DNA of 64,000 nucleotides. It comes from a candidate division WOR-3 bacterium (GTDB taxonomy: Bacteria; Hydrothermota; Tepidihabitantia; Tepidihabitantales; Tepidihabitantaceae). The notes under the pieces are model-generated. The model saw only the letters and a list, made by a program, of their open reading frames with translations, searched no databases and was not told the origin of the DNA. How positions within the stretch are numbered: position 1 is the stretch's first letter; every line of letters begins with the position of its first letter. The translations under genes were made by a program, and so were the position numbers. The stretch is taken from positions 64,001-128,000 of the forward strand of contig CBFGKH010000008.1 of the NCBI GenBank assembly GCA_965649295.1, in the 5' to 3' direction. Of this stretch, positions 46,678-58,366 are shown in pieces.

Positions 46678-47835
46678 CTAGCGGTTGGCGGCGCCGTCCT
46701 GAACTGCGGCGACGACAGTAGCAAACTCCTTTTCTGACATCAATGGCTCCATTGGCAGCGAGACAACTTCGGCAGCAGCTTGCTCGGTCTCAAGTAGCGG
46801 GCCAGCAACTCGGGCGCGGCTGGCAAAAGCCTTCATCTTGTGGAGCGGCAGACCGTAACGTACCGCGCAGGCGACGTTGCGGTCGCAAAGATACTGAATG
46901 AGCCGGTCGCGGTTGGTGCTGCGCAGGGTGTAGCCGTTATAGACATGCTCGCCGTTTTGGGGGAATGGCGGCGGGGTGATGCCGGGGATGCGACCAAAGG
47001 TACGGGTGTATTGGATCGCAATCTGCCGGCGCAGACCGTTGAATGCCTCAATGTGGTTGAGCTTGGCGAGGAGGACAGCGGCCTGCAGCGTGTCCAGCCG
47101 GCTGTTGTAGCCGAGGAGGTCGGCCGACTCGGTACCATTGGTGCCGTGCCGGCGCAGACTGTCAATGATGCGAACCAGCTCGGGGTCATCGGTTGTCACC
47201 ATTCCGCCCTCGCCGAAGCCACTCAGGTTGCTCTCCGGGCCGAAACTGAAAGCGGCCGCGTCGCCAAACGAACCGCAACGTCGGCTGCCGCAGCGGGCGC
47301 CAAACGCCTGAGCGGTATCCTCGACAACAAAGAGCTGGTGATCGCGGGCGATGGCAATGATTTCGTCAAGGCAGCAGGCCTGACCATAGAGATGAACCGG
47401 CACGATTCCCACGGTTCGGCTGGTGATGGCGGCGTGGATTTGGGCGGGCGCGATGTTGAACGAAGTGCGGTCGATATCAACGAACACCGGCGTTGCGCCT
47501 GCTCGGACGATCGCATCAGCCGTTGCCGGGTGACTGAAGGCGGTGGTGATTATCTCATCTTCGAAACGGAAGTACTCCCGGCCGGTCCGCTGCTGCGCAA
47601 GCGCTCGCAGCGCCAGTAGTAACGCATCGGTGCCCGAGGCACACCCGACAGCGTGTTTCGTACCGACATACTCGGCGACGCGAGTCTCAAGCTCCCGAAC
47701 CTCGGGGCCATTGACCCAGCCCTGATGATTCAGGGCACGACTGATGGCGGTGTCAATGTCGTCACGAAGAAAGTCATATTGACGCTTGGGGTCGAAGAGC
47801 GGAACCCGAAAGCGCGGTTTGTTTGAGCCGGTCAT
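46678..47835 (-). CDS. DegT/DnrJ/EryC1/StrS (WbpE-like) aminotransferase homolog lacking the catalytic Lys
   Basis: ASGTDAL, VHLYGQ, VEDTAQAFG, GYNSRLD; SFGPESNL in place of SFxPxKNL. Confidence 0.85.
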   Translation of the reverse strand: MTGSNKPRFRVPLFDPKRQYDFLRDDIDTAISRALNHQGWVNGPEVRELETRVAEYVGTKHAVGCASGTDALLLALRALAQQRTGREYFRFEDEIITTAFSHPATADAIVRAGATPVFVDIDRTSFNIAPAQIHAAITSRTVGIVPVHLYGQACCLDEIIAIARDHQLFVVEDTAQAFGARCGSRRCGSFGDAAAFSFGPESNLSGFGEGGMVTTDDPELVRIIDSLRRHGTNGTESADLLGYNSRLDTLQAAVLLAKLNHIEAFNGLRRQIAIQYTRTFGRIPGITPPPFPQNGEHVYNGYTLRSTNRDRLIQYLCDRNVACAVRYGLPLHKMKAFASRARVAGPLLETEQAAAEVVSLPMEPLMSEKEFATVVAAVQDGAANR

Positions 47836-47883
47836 TCATCCCTCCCACAGTCTTAGAACTCAGAGCATCATAATCTTGTTTCT

Positions 47884-49422
47884 TTACACCGTTCGCTGCT
47901 GGTCACAAGGCCGCGGCCGGTCTTCAACCAGTTCGTATTCACCGCCACAGCCGGGGCAGCGGGTTCTAGCAGCAACAAAAGCAAGGCTAACACCGCAGGC
48001 GCAGGCCCAGCCCTGAAAACGGGCTGGTGTGCCGGCGACTACGGCATAGTCAGGAACATCAGTAGTGACAACCGCGCCGTCACCAACGCGGCAATACTGA
48101 CCGAGTGTACAACCGGCGGCAATGGTCGCTCGGTGGCCAATGACCGCACCGCGCCGAATACGGGTGGTTACTACCGACCGTGAATCGCCCACGGCTGCGC
48201 CGTTGCCACAGCTAACGTTGTCGCCGATTTCAACTCCCGCGCCGATGATGGCGCCGGTGCCAATCCGGCAACCCGCACCAATCCGGGCATCACTGGCTAC
48301 CAGCGCGCCGGCAGCTACCACCGTGTCAGGGCCGAGCCGCGGGTTAGCGCTAATGACGTTGGCAACTGGAACTAGCTGCGGCGGCGGGTTCTTGGCAACG
48401 GTTGTCGGTGACGCCATTGCCTGAGACACAGTTAGTGGCCAGGGTTCGGCGCTGGTCGCGCCGGCGGGTTCCTCGTCCGGGACTAGGTCGGGATGGGCCT
48501 CGCCGATGGAGACAAGCTGACCTTGGGCCAGCAGCGATTCCTCGGCAGCAGCCAGTACCCGTAGGAGCTTCAGGTATTCGTGACCGTCGGTTCGCGAGGG
48601 CAGACGGTTGGTGCAGCAGTCGAGGAAATGCTCGCATTCGACCAGCAGCGGGTCGCGGTTGAGATAGGGAACGAGTTCCTCAGCGGCGCTGGCGACACCG
48701 GTCGGCTTGGGCCCAGGAGCGGGGCGGACGAGCTTGATGCCAGGCAGAGCGTCGTCAAGAACAGCCAGTCCGCGCGAGCCGATAACGACGAGCTGGGCAG
48801 CGGCCAGCGGATGAAGCCAGGATACAAAAGTATGGGCGATGATGCCGCCCGAAAATGTAATCGCTGTCAGGGTGACATCGGAAGCGGCGAAACCGAGAAA
48901 CGGCGAGCCGTGCGCGGCCACCCGTACCGGCTGGTCTTCGAGCAGACCGAGAATGACGGCCAGGTCATCGGGAGCAAAGCTGGTCCTCAGCTCTTCGTCC
49001 GGCCGTAGCTGGCCAGGGCAGAAGCGATGGACGTAGATATGCTCGATGCGGCCGAGCACGCCCAGGCCAACTAGTTCCTGAAGCTTGAGTACTGCCGGGT
49101 GATAGCGCCGAGCACAGCCGACCTGCAGAATCCGCGATTGGCTGTCAGCCAAGGCAACCAGTTCCTCGGCAGCGGCAATGTCGGCGGCCAACGGTGGCTC
49201 AACAAAGACATCTCTGCCGGCGGTAAGCGCTGCGCGGCAGATCTCGAGTTGTGCCGCAGGCTCTGTCGCTACGACTAGGCCGTCAATGGTCGGGTCGGCA
49301 AGGAGTTGGGTTGGTTCTGGTCTTTCGGTGCCAAGGCGCAGGGCACCAAGGCGGGCGAACTCCCGCGCCAAGGCTGCGGCGCGACCGCGACTGCCGACAA
49401 CAGCGAGACGCCGCCGGGTCAT
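47884..49422 (-). CDS. Gfo/Idh/MocA oxidoreductase - hexapeptide acyltransferase fusion (WbpB/WbpD-like), degenerate motifs
   Basis: VFVEPP, FVSWLHP; hexapeptide repeats; DVPDYAVVAGTPARFQGWACACG. Confidence 0.8.
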   Translation of the reverse strand: MTRRRLAVVGSRGRAAALAREFARLGALRLGTERPEPTQLLADPTIDGLVVATEPAAQLEICRAALTAGRDVFVEPPLAADIAAAEELVALADSQSRILQVGCARRYHPAVLKLQELVGLGVLGRIEHIYVHRFCPGQLRPDEELRTSFAPDDLAVILGLLEDQPVRVAAHGSPFLGFAASDVTLTAITFSGGIIAHTFVSWLHPLAAAQLVVIGSRGLAVLDDALPGIKLVRPAPGPKPTGVASAAEELVPYLNRDPLLVECEHFLDCCTNRLPSRTDGHEYLKLLRVLAAAEESLLAQGQLVSIGEAHPDLVPDEEPAGATSAEPWPLTVSQAMASPTTVAKNPPPQLVPVANVISANPRLGPDTVVAAGALVASDARIGAGCRIGTGAIIGAGVEIGDNVSCGNGAAVGDSRSVVTTRIRRGAVIGHRATIAAGCTLGQYCRVGDGAVVTTDVPDYAVVAGTPARFQGWACACGVSLAFVAARTRCPGCGGEYELVEDRPRPCDQQRTV

Positions 49423-49632
49423 GGGTTGGTCAGGTCTTGTCGGCTGCCCGACAATTGGCCCTTGCTTTTTCGGAAGTCAGCAGTCAGTTTCACCCTCCCG
49501 GCCAGAATGGCCATCAGGACCGCAGTGCGGTCAGTTCACGGGCGCGTCACATTGTCGCCGGGTTTCTGCTGCTAGTGGTTCGCCGGTGCCCAAATCGGGC
49601 ACGGAAGATTATAGCCAAAACGATAGGATTGG

Positions 49633-50163
49633 TCAATTGCCGGCAGGCGGCGATGGCCCAAACTGGTCGGTGATTGGTTTGAGAAGCAAGATCACTAGGA
49701 CTGAAGCCGGAGCCAGGGCAATGAGTAATCCTAGGATGAGGCTGAGAAGACCCGCGCGGTCAGGCTCGAGCAGGCTGAGAACTGGCAGTAGCAGTGTTGA
49801 GCCCCAGACGACAGCGACGACCGCGGCCAAAAGATGAAGCAGGGTTACGAGATACCAGCCCCAGCGGCGCCGGCGGAGCAAGCCGACTGAACCGGCGAGC
49901 AGCAGCCCATTGGCCACGACGGCGATGCGGTTGAGCAGGGTCAACTGGCCAAGCAGCCGGTCCAGGGCCAGACTGCTCGTGCTGCCCAACAGCGAGCCGA
50001 GTCCACCGAGCACGGAGTCGGCCGAGAAACTGGCGTACAGGCCGAGTGCTAGCAGGCCAAAGAGCAGTCCTAGTCCGGACTGGATAATCAGCAGCCAGGC
50101 GCCGATTGTCAGTAGAACGCGCCAGCGCCGGAGATTCCGATTCTCTCCGGCGCTGGCAGCCAA
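49633..50163 (-). CDS. Hypothetical 4-TM membrane protein
   Basis: Four hydrophobic segments; RRRRWGW. Confidence 0.65.
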   Translation of the reverse strand: MAASAGENRNLRRWRVLLTIGAWLLIIQSGLGLLFGLLALGLYASFSADSVLGGLGSLLGSTSSLALDRLLGQLTLLNRIAVVANGLLLAGSVGLLRRRRWGWYLVTLLHLLAAVVAVVWGSTLLLPVLSLLEPDRAGLLSLILGLLIALAPASVLVILLLKPITDQFGPSPPAGN

Positions 50164-50187
50164 GGTGTCGCGGCTAGTTGGTCGTTC

Positions 50188-51537
50188 CTACCGAACGACG
50201 CCTTTCCTCTTGAGCATTGCCGTGACCAGCTCCTCGAGGTCGGGCTTGGACTTCTCGTGCAGCCGGTAGCGCACGCGCACTATCGGCTTGGCGGAGCTGA
50301 TGATACGGCTGAGGTCAATCGGCGTCCCGGAGACGACGACGTCGCAGTCGGTCCGGTTAATCGTGGCTTCGAGCTCGCGCAGCTGCTGGCTAGAGTAGCC
50401 CATTGCCGGCAGCACATTTTCGAGGTGGGGAAACTCGACAAACGTCTTCGCCAGTGAGCCGACCGCATAGGGCCGCGGGTCCACGATCGCCTTGGCGCCG
50501 AACTGCTCGGCCGCAATCTTGCCAGCGCCATAGCCCATGCCGCCATGGGTGACAGTTGGGCCGTCTTCAACGACGAGCACCCGTTTACCCTTGATTGCTG
50601 CCGGGTCGGTAACGGTCAGCGGTGAATCGGCGTCAATGATGACGGCATTGGGGTTGGCCTTGCGGACGTTGCGGCGGACCTGCTCAATCGCTTCCGCCGT
50701 GGCCGAGTCCTCTTTGTTGATGATGACCGCATCGGCCAGCCGGAGATTGACCTCACCGGGGTGATAGAGCAGCTCGTGGCCGGCACGGAGCGGGTCGGCA
50801 ATCACAGCAAGGAAGTCGGGCCGGAAGAAGGCGATTTCGTTGTTGCCGCCGTCCCAGACAATCACATCGGCCTCGGCCTCAGCATGCTTGAGGATTTCGG
50901 CGTAATCGCAGCCGGCATAGATTACCATGCCGTGCTCGATGTAGGGCTCGTATTCCTCACGTTCCTCGATTGTCACCTTGGCGCGGTCGAGGTCGTCGTA
51001 AGTTGCGAAGCGCTGCCAGACCTGCTGCTCGAGGTCGCCATAGGGCATCGGCTCGCGCACCGCCACTACCCGCAGGCCATGGTTCCGGATTATTTCATAG
51101 ACGCGGCGCGAGGTTTGCGACTTGCCGCAGCCGGTGCGAACCGCACAGACCGCTGCTACCGGCTTGTGCGCCTGGAGCTGTACCCGGCGCGGCGAGATGA
51201 GCCGAAAGTCGGCGCCGGCAACCAGCACCCGCGAGGCCAGGTTCATCACATAGACATGAGCGACGTCAGAGTAGGCAAAGACGACCTGGTCAACTTTCAG
51301 TTCGGGGATGAGCCGGTCGAGGTCGTGCTCGTAGTAGGTGGGAATGCCGTTGGGGTAGAGCTTGCCGGCAAGGCTGGCAGGATAGGGTCGAAGTCCACCG
51401 GTCGTGCCCAGGTTCTGCTCGGCGGCCATCGTGAAGCCGACAACATCGTAGTCAGGATTGTCGCGGAAGCAGGTGTTGAAGACGTGGTAGTCCATGCCGA
51501 CCGCGCCGACAATGATGACCCGTTTCTTAGTAGCCAC
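50188..51537 (-). CDS. ArcE/COG2403 family P-loop enzyme (arginine synthetase / cyclic 2,3-diphosphoglycerate synthetase-like)
   Basis: AVRTGCGKSQTSR, PMPYGDL, TIEEREEYEP, WDGGNN, VEDGPTVTHGGM. Confidence 0.85.
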   Translation of the reverse strand: MATKKRVIIVGAVGMDYHVFNTCFRDNPDYDVVGFTMAAEQNLGTTGGLRPYPASLAGKLYPNGIPTYYEHDLDRLIPELKVDQVVFAYSDVAHVYVMNLASRVLVAGADFRLISPRRVQLQAHKPVAAVCAVRTGCGKSQTSRRVYEIIRNHGLRVVAVREPMPYGDLEQQVWQRFATYDDLDRAKVTIEEREEYEPYIEHGMVIYAGCDYAEILKHAEAEADVIVWDGGNNEIAFFRPDFLAVIADPLRAGHELLYHPGEVNLRLADAVIINKEDSATAEAIEQVRRNVRKANPNAVIIDADSPLTVTDPAAIKGKRVLVVEDGPTVTHGGMGYGAGKIAAEQFGAKAIVDPRPYAVGSLAKTFVEFPHLENVLPAMGYSSQQLRELEATINRTDCDVVVSGTPIDLSRIISSAKPIVRVRYRLHEKSKPDLEELVTAMLKRKGVVR

Positions 51538-51573
51538 AGGTTCCTCCGCTCACAGGTCGGGTTCGACCCATTG

Positions 51574-53118
<1,545 letters not shown>

Positions 53119-53373
53119 GATGCCTCCTGCAATAAGTAGTAAAGGACACTTGGCTTATCGCAACGGCTATTATTGATCCGGGCTGTGCTGGCAAAAGCAC
53201 GCGCGGCCGCGGTTTCAGAGCGACCGCCGTTGCCGGGTACAAAACTCTGAAGCGACGACTTGCCGACAAGTCGTTGGGCCGTCTCTTCGGCCCCCTCAAG
53301 ACCCGATAGCATAGCCAGCGGAGGGCCAAAGTCAAACCGGGCCAGGATGGTGGCTAGCGTTGGCAGGCAGGGG

Positions 53374-56325
53374 CTAGCGGAGGACCAGTTTGGCGGTCTG
53401 GCGAACCGGACCGGCCTGAAGCTGGCAGAAGTAGGTTCCAGGACTGACAGGCCGGCCAAGCCGGTCGCGCCGGTCCCATGTGATAGCATGGTGACCAGCC
53501 AGCCGTGTGCCGTGTGCAAGGACGCGCACCAGCCGACCAAGCGGGTCGTAAATCGTGATGGTTACTGGCCCGGACGCGAGCAGCTCGAACTGGACGGTCA
53601 GCTCGAGCCGGGCCGGGTTGGGGAATGTCATAAGCCGGCCCAGGCGCGGCCAGGACTTGCTGCCACTAGCAACACCGGCCAGCGGCTGATAGCTGTTCTC
53701 AACATAAGTGACCGTAGCGCCTGTCAGCAGGCTTGGGGTGCGCAACTGAATCCAGTAGTAATCGTTCGGGGCGGTAATCGCTACCGGCCCGGTTAGCGGC
53801 TGCCAGGGTTCCCAGCAAACAAGACTGATGTCGTCAAACCAGGCTCGACTGATGACCGCCGCGCTAGGTGCCTGACTGGCCAGCTCGACGTTGAAGAAAC
53901 CGGTGTCGGTTCCGAGAGCCAGGTCGCGATAGTAGAACTGCCAGTCGGTTGTACCAGTATCGGCACTGAGGGCGCTCGTAGCAATCGGTGTCGAGCCTGT
54001 GCGGGTAGCATAGAACTTTGCGGTCACGGTAGCGGCGGCAGTACTCTCGGTTCTAACCCAAGCGCAGATTGAGAACTGGGCCGCGTCGGCGCTGAATGTC
54101 GGCCGTTCCTCAAGCCCAGTCACAATCTTTGTGGTATCGTGGGTGCGGCGGTGGCCAAGCGAGCGGCTGCCACGGTGTGAGACCGTGTCATAGAACTCGT
54201 CCGGCTCACCCAGCGACCACATTGTCGCGCCCTCATCTTCGCAGTTGCCCCAGGGCAGCAGCTCGCGGCCAAGTCGGAACTGCCAGTTACCAGCGGGCGT
54301 AACCGACTCGATTCGGGCGATACTGCCAGCGCGTCTTAGCCGGGTTGGCCGCGACAGCGACCAACCGGCCGCGGTATCGAGTGGTAAGGTTGCAGTCACG
54401 GTCACCGGTGCGGGAATGAGCCCGGCTGTGTCGAGGAGTAGCTTTCCGACCACACTTTCGGGTTGGGTAATGAGATAAGTGCCGAGGTCGCGTGAACGCC
54501 GGGCTAGGTCGTCGAGAATGTGCCGGCCGAGCTCGCCCGTGGCCCGGCGCGGGATATAGTCGTCAATATAGACCGGCACGACGCGATAGTCGTAGAAGCC
54601 GCGTCGGTCCCAATAGCCGGTGAGAATCGCTGACCGATAGGTCTCTGGATAGTCGAGGTCAAAGGCGAAGTTTCCGAGCGAGTGGGCAATCAGCTTGCCC
54701 TGATAGACCTCGAACCCCTGCAGGACGTGCGGGTGATGGCAGATGACCGCGTCGGCACCATACTCAATCAGCCGGTGCCGCTCAGCAGTATCGCCCGGGG
54801 CCAAAGGTCGCGGCCAGGGGCAGTACATCTCATCTTCACTGTCCAGTTCTCCGGGCGCGGGATTGTACTCCTCGCCGGTGTGCAACTCGCAGATGACAAT
54901 ATCAGCTCGGTCGCGCACCAGTTCAATCTGCTCGCGCAGGTGGAAGCTGTCGAGATAGGCAAAACCCGGCTTGTTGTAGCCGGCGTCGAGATAGGGTTGA
55001 TAGTTGTCATACTGGCCGTTCCGGTCAGAGGCAGCAAGAAACGCGATGCTCTGGCCGCGTGCCTGCCAGAACAGGGGCAGATACGCCTCGTAGGAGTTCG
55101 CGCCAGCACCAGAATAGGCGATGCCGACCGAATCACACATCCGCTGGGTCTTGCGCATGCCGACCAGGCCATAGTCAATGATGTGGTTATTGGCGAGCGA
55201 AACGACATCAATGCCGGCATAGGCAAGGCCGGTGACATTGGTCGGCCGACCGCGAAAGACAATCGGCTTGGTCGGGTGGCGCGTGCCGGAGTCGGTCAGC
55301 GGCGATTCAAGGTTGGCAACGGTGATGTCGGCGCTATCAAGCCACGGTTTGATTGGCGCAAACACCCCTTCGGGACCGATCGAGTCAATGATGCCGCCCG
55401 GCTGGTCATAGCGTCGGGCCAGCATGATGTCGCCGACAAAGCTGATGGTGAGCGGAAAGGTCGTCGGCCCAGGGTCAACCTCGACTCGGCAGGTTGCCCG
55501 GCCGCGGCGGCCAGTACTGTCGGTTACCTCGAGCAGCACTGTGTAGGCGTGGTCGTCAAAGACCGTATAGGTGTGCACCGGTGCCGAGTCGGTGCTCGAA
55601 CTGCCATCACCAAAGAGCCAGCGATAGGAGTGCCAGGGGCTGTCAGGGTCGAGCACTCGCGAATGAAAGCGCACGGTCACAGCCCAGGCCGGGCCATGCT
55701 CTCCTTTGCCAGTTGCCTTTGCCCTGCTGGCAGCGGACTGCTCATACCATATCTCGACAACCGGTGCTATTGGCAGGTCAGCGGTGATGCACTCAATGTC
55801 GTCGTAATAGACAACGCCGCGCGCGCCCGCATCCCGGTCGCTCACAAAGACCAAGCTGGTGATTGTCGGCAGATAGCCGAACCGGCAGAGCCAGTCTTGG
55901 GCCACGGGCAACTGATAGTTGTTCCAGCGCCGGTAGGTGAATGCACCCTGATAGACCGGTACCCACGAATCTGGGTTTACCTCTTCATTGCCGGAGAGCG
56001 AGTAGAGCAGGGTGTTGGCCGAGTCAGCCAGTCCGAATCCCTGAATCTCGCAGACGCTGTTGACATAGGCCCAGACCTGCCAGACATCGCCGGAGTCGAG
56101 CCGCACCGGCGCGATTGACTCGGTCTTCCAGGTGTTACCAAAGAGCGCAAGCGAGTAATGGGAGCTATCGTGCGTCACCAGCGTATCAAGGATCCACGAA
56201 TCCGGCTCGGCGTCCTCGCCGGCAAACGAGCCGAGCGCCACCCGGCCCGACTCGAAATTCTCGATTATCACCCCTGGCCGGCCCACTGCCAGCACAATGA
56301 GCAGTAATAACAACATCTTCTTCAT
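53374..56325 (-). CDS. Secreted CapA-family metallophosphatase with PKD domain and FlgD/T9SS-like tail
   Basis: VGDIML, ANLESPL, LANNHIIDYG, HHPHVLQG, SLGNFAF; WLFGDG; FPNP...WDRRDRLGR. Confidence 0.87.
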   Translation of the reverse strand: MKKMLLLLLIVLAVGRPGVIIENFESGRVALGSFAGEDAEPDSWILDTLVTHDSSHYSLALFGNTWKTESIAPVRLDSGDVWQVWAYVNSVCEIQGFGLADSANTLLYSLSGNEEVNPDSWVPVYQGAFTYRRWNNYQLPVAQDWLCRFGYLPTITSLVFVSDRDAGARGVVYYDDIECITADLPIAPVVEIWYEQSAASRAKATGKGEHGPAWAVTVRFHSRVLDPDSPWHSYRWLFGDGSSSTDSAPVHTYTVFDDHAYTVLLEVTDSTGRRGRATCRVEVDPGPTTFPLTISFVGDIMLARRYDQPGGIIDSIGPEGVFAPIKPWLDSADITVANLESPLTDSGTRHPTKPIVFRGRPTNVTGLAYAGIDVVSLANNHIIDYGLVGMRKTQRMCDSVGIAYSGAGANSYEAYLPLFWQARGQSIAFLAASDRNGQYDNYQPYLDAGYNKPGFAYLDSFHLREQIELVRDRADIVICELHTGEEYNPAPGELDSEDEMYCPWPRPLAPGDTAERHRLIEYGADAVICHHPHVLQGFEVYQGKLIAHSLGNFAFDLDYPETYRSAILTGYWDRRGFYDYRVVPVYIDDYIPRRATGELGRHILDDLARRSRDLGTYLITQPESVVGKLLLDTAGLIPAPVTVTATLPLDTAAGWSLSRPTRLRRAGSIARIESVTPAGNWQFRLGRELLPWGNCEDEGATMWSLGEPDEFYDTVSHRGSRSLGHRRTHDTTKIVTGLEERPTFSADAAQFSICAWVRTESTAAATVTAKFYATRTGSTPIATSALSADTGTTDWQFYYRDLALGTDTGFFNVELASQAPSAAVISRAWFDDISLVCWEPWQPLTGPVAITAPNDYYWIQLRTPSLLTGATVTYVENSYQPLAGVASGSKSWPRLGRLMTFPNPARLELTVQFELLASGPVTITIYDPLGRLVRVLAHGTRLAGHHAITWDRRDRLGRPVSPGTYFCQLQAGPVRQTAKLVLR

Positions 56326-56399
56326 CGGCGCTGCTGGGCAAGGCTGGTAGCCAGTTGCCCACGTTCCATTCTCGGCCCACTGCCGAACTCTGTCAACGG

Positions 56400-56737
56400 C
56401 TGGTCGGGAAGCACTTGTTAGAACCTGGTGGGAAGCGCCAGCCGTGGCAGGTGGGAGATGACCAGCGGAAAGTAGCTTGCAGGCGGCACGAGAAAGGGAA
56501 GAAGCTGCTCAGTCGCAGGCGCTGGTTAGGAGAGTAGCAGCGGCAGGAGCAGAGACTTTGCCGCAAAGAACCTAAGGAGCGCAGTCGCCAAGACACTTGG
56601 GAGCTTTCTTGGGGGTACTTTAGGAGACCATCCCGGGGACGATGGGGTGGGGGCGGGCAGAAATGCGATAGCCGATTGAAGAGCTTGGGGTTAGCTTGAC
56701 TGGCCGTACGCCGGGCCTGTGGCCTAAGTCTATACTT
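56400..56737 (+). repeat. Dispersed element copy C (12-nt-period array + tail)
   Basis: AGCTTTCTTGGG|GGTACTTTAGGA|GACCATCCCGGG|GACGATGGGGTG; tail TGTGGCCTAAGTCTATACTT at 56718-56737. Confidence 0.6.
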
Positions 56738-57173
56738 CGGCCAGCCTGGTCGAAGATGGCACTTTTCTGCTGGCTTCTACTTTCGCGCTCATTGCCGGGC
56801 GCTGGCGCGTATAACTAACTTAGAGCGTTGGCTCAGTCACATCGACGTGCTGCGTCGGACGCAGTCGGAGATATCGCGGCAAACCCGGGTAACCTCGATT
56901 GGTTGCCGGGTCTCGCGGTCGGAACCGGATTCTCCTTACCGGCTGATGATGTCTCTGGTCCTGCAGCTGCCGATACCCAGTAGTGCTATGGGCCTGCCAA
57001 ATCGCAGTCTCTCCCTCGCTTCTGCGTATCGGTCAGCCTGGCAATTCCACGTTCGCCGGTTTCTGACCGGTTGACACTGTTCGACACAGACATATAGTGT
57101 AGTCGTGAGCCACAGAAAACTGGCGTGGGGTGATTGTCCCATAGTGGCATCCCATTCAGCTCAGGAGGTCGTT

Positions 57174-58229
57174 ATGTTTCGGGTCATTGGCAGCAAGAAC
57201 CAAGTCGCTGCAGCGCTGCTCGTTACTGCGCTCGCAATGACGGTTGGGGAGGCATACTCGGCGCCAGCGCACAAGTCAGGGGTCCCGCTCAGCCACAGCG
57301 GGGGACCGGACTCGGCAGGATACCGTTGGATTGACTCCGACACAACTGGTGGGCCGCAGTTCGATTGGATTGACACCACTGGTTTTTACCGGGTGCCCTA
57401 TCTCGGAGATGAGGGACGAATCAATATCCCCACTTTCTTCGAGTACCCGTACTATGACAGCACCTACAACTATGTTTGCGTCTCGGCCAATGGCTGGCTA
57501 TCTGCGGGCTGGAACCCTGGGGGAGTTGGGGATTCACTACCAAGGCGTCTGCCCGACACGGGACTTCCGAATAACATCATCTGCCCCTACTGGGACAATC
57601 TTGCCGGCGGGCCGGGGTTCGGCGGCGGGCGCCTTTACTACGGCTACGATTCGGCGACAGTACCGCGTGTGACGATCACGTGGCTGAATGTCAATCGCGT
57701 TGGCACGGACACGACCGACCTGTTGTCCTTCCAGGTCACCATCGGCGCGGACGGCACTATCGTTTTCCAGTATGCCGACGTGTCTACGGGAGATACATTG
57801 CACGACTTCGGGCGAACCGCCTCGGTTGGCATTGAGAACCGAGCCGGTACCGTCGGTTTGCAGTACTTGCGTGGCCACCCGGATTCGTCAGTCAACTGGC
57901 CCTGCAACCAGCTGCGCCCGGGTCGGGCAATAAGGTTCTGGAGAAGCCTCCCGGGGATAGCGGAGCTGTCTGGAGGATTCAGTGAGCGTGTCCTGTTGGA
58001 ACTAGAACCGGCTGTCGCCAAGAACTCCTGTACCATCAGGTACGGCCAGCCCGACCGTGCCTGTGCAACACTAGAGGTGCACGACGTCTCGGGGCGGAAC
58101 ATAATGCGTATGCGGGTGCTGGGCGGCGCACAGAGACGTCTGGAAGAGCTGCGACCGGGCCTCTACTACTGCACGCTATCGTCTGCTACCGGGGGACGGC
58201 AGGCGCGCAAGCTCATCGTGGTTGACTAG
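57174..58229 (+). CDS. Secreted protein with T9SS-like C-terminus
   Basis: AGGAGG SD; signal peptide; GGPD..GYRWIDSD, VSANGWL, IC.YWD; HDVSGR...GLYY...KLIVVD. Confidence 0.78.
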   Translation: MFRVIGSKNQVAAALLVTALAMTVGEAYSAPAHKSGVPLSHSGGPDSAGYRWIDSDTTGGPQFDWIDTTGFYRVPYLGDEGRINIPTFFEYPYYDSTYNYVCVSANGWLSAGWNPGGVGDSLPRRLPDTGLPNNIICPYWDNLAGGPGFGGGRLYYGYDSATVPRVTITWLNVNRVGTDTTDLLSFQVTIGADGTIVFQYADVSTGDTLHDFGRTASVGIENRAGTVGLQYLRGHPDSSVNWPCNQLRPGRAIRFWRSLPGIAELSGGFSERVLLELEPAVAKNSCTIRYGQPDRACATLEVHDVSGRNIMRMRVLGGAQRRLEELRPGLYYCTLSSATGGRQARKLIVVD

Positions 58230-58366
58230 ACCGATACTCTCCGGTCGAACCGCCACCGGACGATAACGGAAGTCATAGTCACGCCCAGACGCTAGCCCTT
58301 CACTGACCGCCCGGAATAGGCACGCCTTGCGTATGTGTCAACCGTCTCGCCCGGCCCGGTTCTAGC

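Noticed and set aside
54682..56118. Long antisense ORFs (also 36205-37506 and others)
   Set aside because: Shadow frames of well-supported genes in high-GC DNA
56760..57070. c-di-GMP-I riboswitch or gene remnant
   Set aside because: GGCAAAC is present but the downstream GACGCAAAG element is not; no recognisable translation in any frame
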